Positions 27,402-32,000 of a DNA stretch of 32,000 bases are shown here, one piece after another. The stretch comes from Candidatus Brocadia sp. (GTDB lineage Bacteria; Planctomycetota; Brocadiia; Brocadiales; Brocadiaceae): NCBI GenBank assembly GCA_021650915.1, contig CP091279.1, forward strand, positions 210,001-242,000, written 5' to 3'. Both the position numbers and the translations under genes were made by a program. Position 1 is the first letter of the stretch; each line of letters starts with the position of its first letter. The notes under the pieces are model-generated. The model made no database searches, was not told where the DNA came from, and worked only from the letters and a program-made list of their open reading frames with translations.

Positions 27402-28916
27402 ATGGCAATTGCATCCACTGATATTACTTCAATCATTAAAAAAGAGATTGAAGGGTATGAAGAAAAATTAAAGCTAGAGAACGTGGGACACGTCATGCAG
27501 GTGGGAGACGGTGTTGCGCGTATTTACGGACTTGATGATTGTTTGTCCAGCGAACTCCTGGAATTTCCGGAAAATGTGTACGGTATTGCCATGAATCTTG
27601 AGGAGGATAACATTGGTGCAATTCTCCTTGGTTCTGACGAGAAGATTCGGGAGGGCGATATTGTAAAGACTACCGGAAAGATTGTCCAGGTCCCGGTAGG
27701 CAAGGCATTATTGGGTCGCGTGGTAAACGCCCTGGGCCAGCCGATTGATGGGAAAGGGCCGATTGCTTCGGATCAATACCGGCCTATTGAAGGGCCTTCT
27801 CCCAACGTTGTTGAGAGGCAGCCGGTAAAAGAGCCGTTACAAACCGGTATCAAGGCTATCGACGCCATGATCCCGATCGGAAGGGGTCAGCGTGAGCTTA
27901 TTATTGGTGACCGGCAGACGGGGAAAACCGCTATTCTTATCGATACGATCATTAACCAGCGTGAGTCGGGGGTCTACTGCATTTATGTGGCAATTGGCCA
28001 GAAAATGTCAACCGTTGCAGACGTTGTAAAGACGCTGGAAGAGAATAAGGTGATGGATATCAGCATCGTTGTCGTGGCTTCTGCATCTGATCCGGCGCCG
28101 CTTCAATATATTGCGCCGTATGCTGGTTGCGCTATGGGAGAATACTTCAGGGATAATGGTATGCATGCGGTGGCAATTTATGACGACCTGTATAAACATG
28201 CGATTGCATATCGTCAGATTTCCTTGTTATTGAGACGTCCACCGGGACGTGAGGCCTTTCCCGGCGATATCTTCAACCTCCATTCAAGGTTGCTGGAAAG
28301 GGCGGCTAAACTGAACAGTGAGCTTGGCGGCGGTTCCCTGACGGCGCTTCCTGTGGTGGAAACGCAGGGTGGTGATTATTCAGCCTATATTCCCACGAAC
28401 GTGATCTCGATTACCGATGGCCAGATCTACCTGGAGAGCGATTTGTTTAATGCAGGTATCCGTCCAGCCATCTCAGTAGGTCTTTCTGTATCCAGGGTCG
28501 GTGGAAATGCGCAGATCCCTGCAATGAAAAAGGTTGCTGGTACGTTGCGATTGACCCTGGCTCAATACCGCGAGTTGGCCTCTTTTGCCCAGTTCGGTTC
28601 CGAGCTGGACAAGTTTACCCAGGCGCAGCTCTCCAAGGGCAGCCGGTTGGTCGAACTGCTGAAGCAGCCGCAGTATGCGCCCGTTCCGGTAGAAGATCAG
28701 ATTATGGCAATCTTTGCCGGTATCAACGGACATCTGGACGATATTGCCGTGGATAAGGTCAGGGTTTTTGAGAAGGAATTCATGAAGTTTATGAAAGAGA
28801 AGTATGCCTCAATTGGTATTGAGATCAGAGAAAAAAAGAAACTTGACCCGGAAGTGACGAATAAGTTAGAGAGTGCAATCAAAGAATTCAAACAAATCTT
28901 TGCAAAAAAGGGCTAG
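27402..28916 (+). CDS. atpA: ATP synthase F1 subunit alpha
   Basis: [75 protein letters not shown]. Confidence 0.98.
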   Translation: MAIASTDITSIIKKEIEGYEEKLKLENVGHVMQVGDGVARIYGLDDCLSSELLEFPENVYGIAMNLEEDNIGAILLGSDEKIREGDIVKTTGKIVQVPVGKALLGRVVNALGQPIDGKGPIASDQYRPIEGPSPNVVERQPVKEPLQTGIKAIDAMIPIGRGQRELIIGDRQTGKTAILIDTIINQRESGVYCIYVAIGQKMSTVADVVKTLEENKVMDISIVVVASASDPAPLQYIAPYAGCAMGEYFRDNGMHAVAIYDDLYKHAIAYRQISLLLRRPPGREAFPGDIFNLHSRLLERAAKLNSELGGGSLTALPVVETQGGDYSAYIPTNVISITDGQIYLESDLFNAGIRPAISVGLSVSRVGGNAQIPAMKKVAGTLRLTLAQYRELASFAQFGSELDKFTQAQLSKGSRLVELLKQPQYAPVPVEDQIMAIFAGINGHLDDIAVDKVRVFEKEFMKFMKEKYASIGIEIREKKKLDPEVTNKLESAIKEFKQIFAKKG

Positions 28917-28919
28917 GGA

Positions 28920-29795
28920 ATGCTGAGCACCAGAGAAATCAAACAACGAATCAGAAGTATTACGAGCATCAAGCAGATTACCCGCGCCATGGAAATGGTG
29001 GCGGCAAGCAGGTTGAAAAAAGTTGAGTCACGGGTGCTTGCCTCGCGTGCGTTTACCGAAAAGATGCACGCCGTTTTAAGCCATTTGGTTTCCTCGCTTG
29101 AGGGTAGCCATCCCTGGTTTGCAGAGAAAGAGCAAAAGATTCCGGCTATAAAAATCATTTTGATTACGGCAGACAAGGGACTTTGCGGTGCTTACAACAA
29201 TAACGTGATCCAGAAAGTGGTAAGATTCATCAAGGAAAAGAAGGGGCAGGAGATTAAGCTGACCCTTATTGGAAAGAAGGGTTACTCGTATTTTTCCAAA
29301 GGTAACTATGCTTCCCTTATTGAAAAGTACCTTCCTGAGAGCGTTGAGAAGCTTGGATACGAGCAGGTGCAGGCATTAGCAGGCCAGCTAATAAAGGGAT
29401 ACGAACGGAATGAGTTTAGTGAATTGCATCTGTTCTTTACGAAATTTCACACCGTGATGCAATCTTTTTCGACCAGTATGCGTCTGTTGCCTATTGATAA
29501 AGGCGCGTTTGAGACGAAAGAGAAAAAACCGGCAGGTGAGTATATTTTTGAGCCTAACGCAGCGCAGATCGTCGATCATCTTTTCCCGAAATTTATTGAA
29601 ACCAGACTGTATCAGTGCATACTGGAATCGCTGACTTCCGAATATGCGGCCAGGCGTGTTGCCATGATTGCTGCAACGGAAAATGCCGGTGAAATGATCG
29701 ATGAGCTGGTCAGTTCATACAACAAGGCGCGTCAGGCGGCTATCACCAAGGAATTGCTTGAAGTTGTTTCCGGTGCTGAGGCCCTTGTGCGATAA
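28920..29795 (+). CDS. atpG: ATP synthase F1 subunit gamma
   Basis: REIKQRIRSITSIKQITRAMEMVAASRLKK, ITADKGLCGAYNNNV, ATENAGEMIDELVSSYNKARQAAITKELLEVVSGAEAL. Confidence 0.97.
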   Translation: MLSTREIKQRIRSITSIKQITRAMEMVAASRLKKVESRVLASRAFTEKMHAVLSHLVSSLEGSHPWFAEKEQKIPAIKIILITADKGLCGAYNNNVIQKVVRFIKEKKGQEIKLTLIGKKGYSYFSKGNYASLIEKYLPESVEKLGYEQVQALAGQLIKGYERNEFSELHLFFTKFHTVMQSFSTSMRLLPIDKGAFETKEKKPAGEYIFEPNAAQIVDHLFPKFIETRLYQCILESLTSEYAARRVAMIAATENAGEMIDELVSSYNKARQAAITKELLEVVSGAEALVR

Positions 29796-29906
29796 ATGAG
29801 ATAAGCGCTGTCACAGGGCTGTAAAGAGGGGTTTTTCACCGAAAGACTCTTTCAAATAAAGATACAGGGTAAACTATTATCTGTCTGCCTTGCGATGAGG
29901 TGTTGA

Positions 29907-31361
<1,455 letters not shown>

Positions 31362-31363
31362 CT

Positions 31364-31768
31364 ATGGCAAAAACATTCAAACTCGAGATTATTACCCCTG
31401 AAAAAGTTGTCTATTCTGATACGGTTCAAAGCATTTCTGCCGAAGGGACAGAGGGCTCCTTTGGTGTCCTTGCAGACCATGCGCCCCTGATTACCGAACT
31501 GCAAACGAGTATCTTTACCGTTCAAGATACCAGTAACAAAACGATACGGTTTGCATTGGATCGTGGTTTTTTAGAAGTTATGGCAAACAACGTTGTCGTC
31601 CTGACCGATGCATGTGTAAAGGAAGGCGAAGTAAATGTTGAAAAGATACGCACGGAAAAGGACGCTGCTGAAAAGAGTTTGTCCGGTGCAGTTGCTGTCG
31701 AAGAGAAAGAAAAGGCTCAGGCTATAATCAGACGGGCAAACATCTGGCTAAAGTTGGCGAATAAATAA
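31364..31768 (+). CDS. atpC: ATP synthase F1 subunit epsilon
   Basis: LEIITPEKVVYSDTVQSISAEGTEGSFGVLADHAPLITEL. Confidence 0.95.
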   Translation: MAKTFKLEIITPEKVVYSDTVQSISAEGTEGSFGVLADHAPLITELQTSIFTVQDTSNKTIRFALDRGFLEVMANNVVVLTDACVKEGEVNVEKIRTEKDAAEKSLSGAVAVEEKEKAQAIIRRANIWLKLANK

Positions 31769-31787
31769 GGCGTTGCTACGAAATCCT

Positions 31788-31836
31788 AAATCCCCTTGAT
31801 TTTCCGCTGATTACAGGGAAAGGCAAGGGGATTTTT
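31788..31836 (+). terminator. Rho-independent terminator after atpC
   Basis: AAATCCCCTTG ... CAAGGGGATTTTT, 20 nt downstream of the atpC stop. Confidence 0.85.
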
Positions 31837-32000
31837 ATCAGGCAGGGAATGTTTGCGTCAAGGGGGGCCGCCCCGCCGAGCGGGCGCAAACGTACAATTA
31901 CGCGCGCCGTAATTGTCATTGTCCCTTCATTTGGTGCAACATTGGTATAAAAAAAGATAGAACGAACGGTTTCCCTTTTGGTATAATAACCATAATCTCG

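Overview
The window looks like a bacterial chromosome segment, probably from an anammox-type planctomycete (inferred from gene content, low certainty). Housekeeping blocks are a transketolase C-terminus, a DEAD-box helicase, an M16 protease, an SbtA/SbtB-like bicarbonate transporter pair, purN, hemL, and a complete F-type ATP synthase operon (atpZ, an atpI-like gene, then atpB-E-F-H-A-G-D-C). The most interesting region is a tight four-cistron locus at 4586-11881. It encodes a Tco1/CU044_2847-like protein, a trypsin-like protease fused to a conflict-system C-terminal domain (frame interrupted at a 9-G tract), a MoxR-type AAA+ ATPase, and a 1487-aa membrane protein with two C-terminal FGE-sulfatase/C-type-lectin-fold domains. 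The two lectin-like domains end in 138-nt tracts (10910-11047 and 11732-11869) that align without gaps. They differ at 19 positions, 18 of them at first or second codon positions and mostly in NNC codons, followed by 38 identical nt. This is the expected signature of diversity-generating retroelement (DGR) variable regions. No reverse transcriptase or template repeat is visible here, so the DGR would have to act from elsewhere. Downstream, an IS110/IS1111-type element is inserted into a dispersed repeat whose uninterrupted copy lies at 3788-4009. The exact target can therefore be read, and candidate bridge-RNA guide segments can be proposed. Other signals include a DUF6922/AbiEii-like toxin-antitoxin pair, a 117-nt dispersed repeat containing a conserved hairpin, and a c-subunit with a Na+-binding-like signature.
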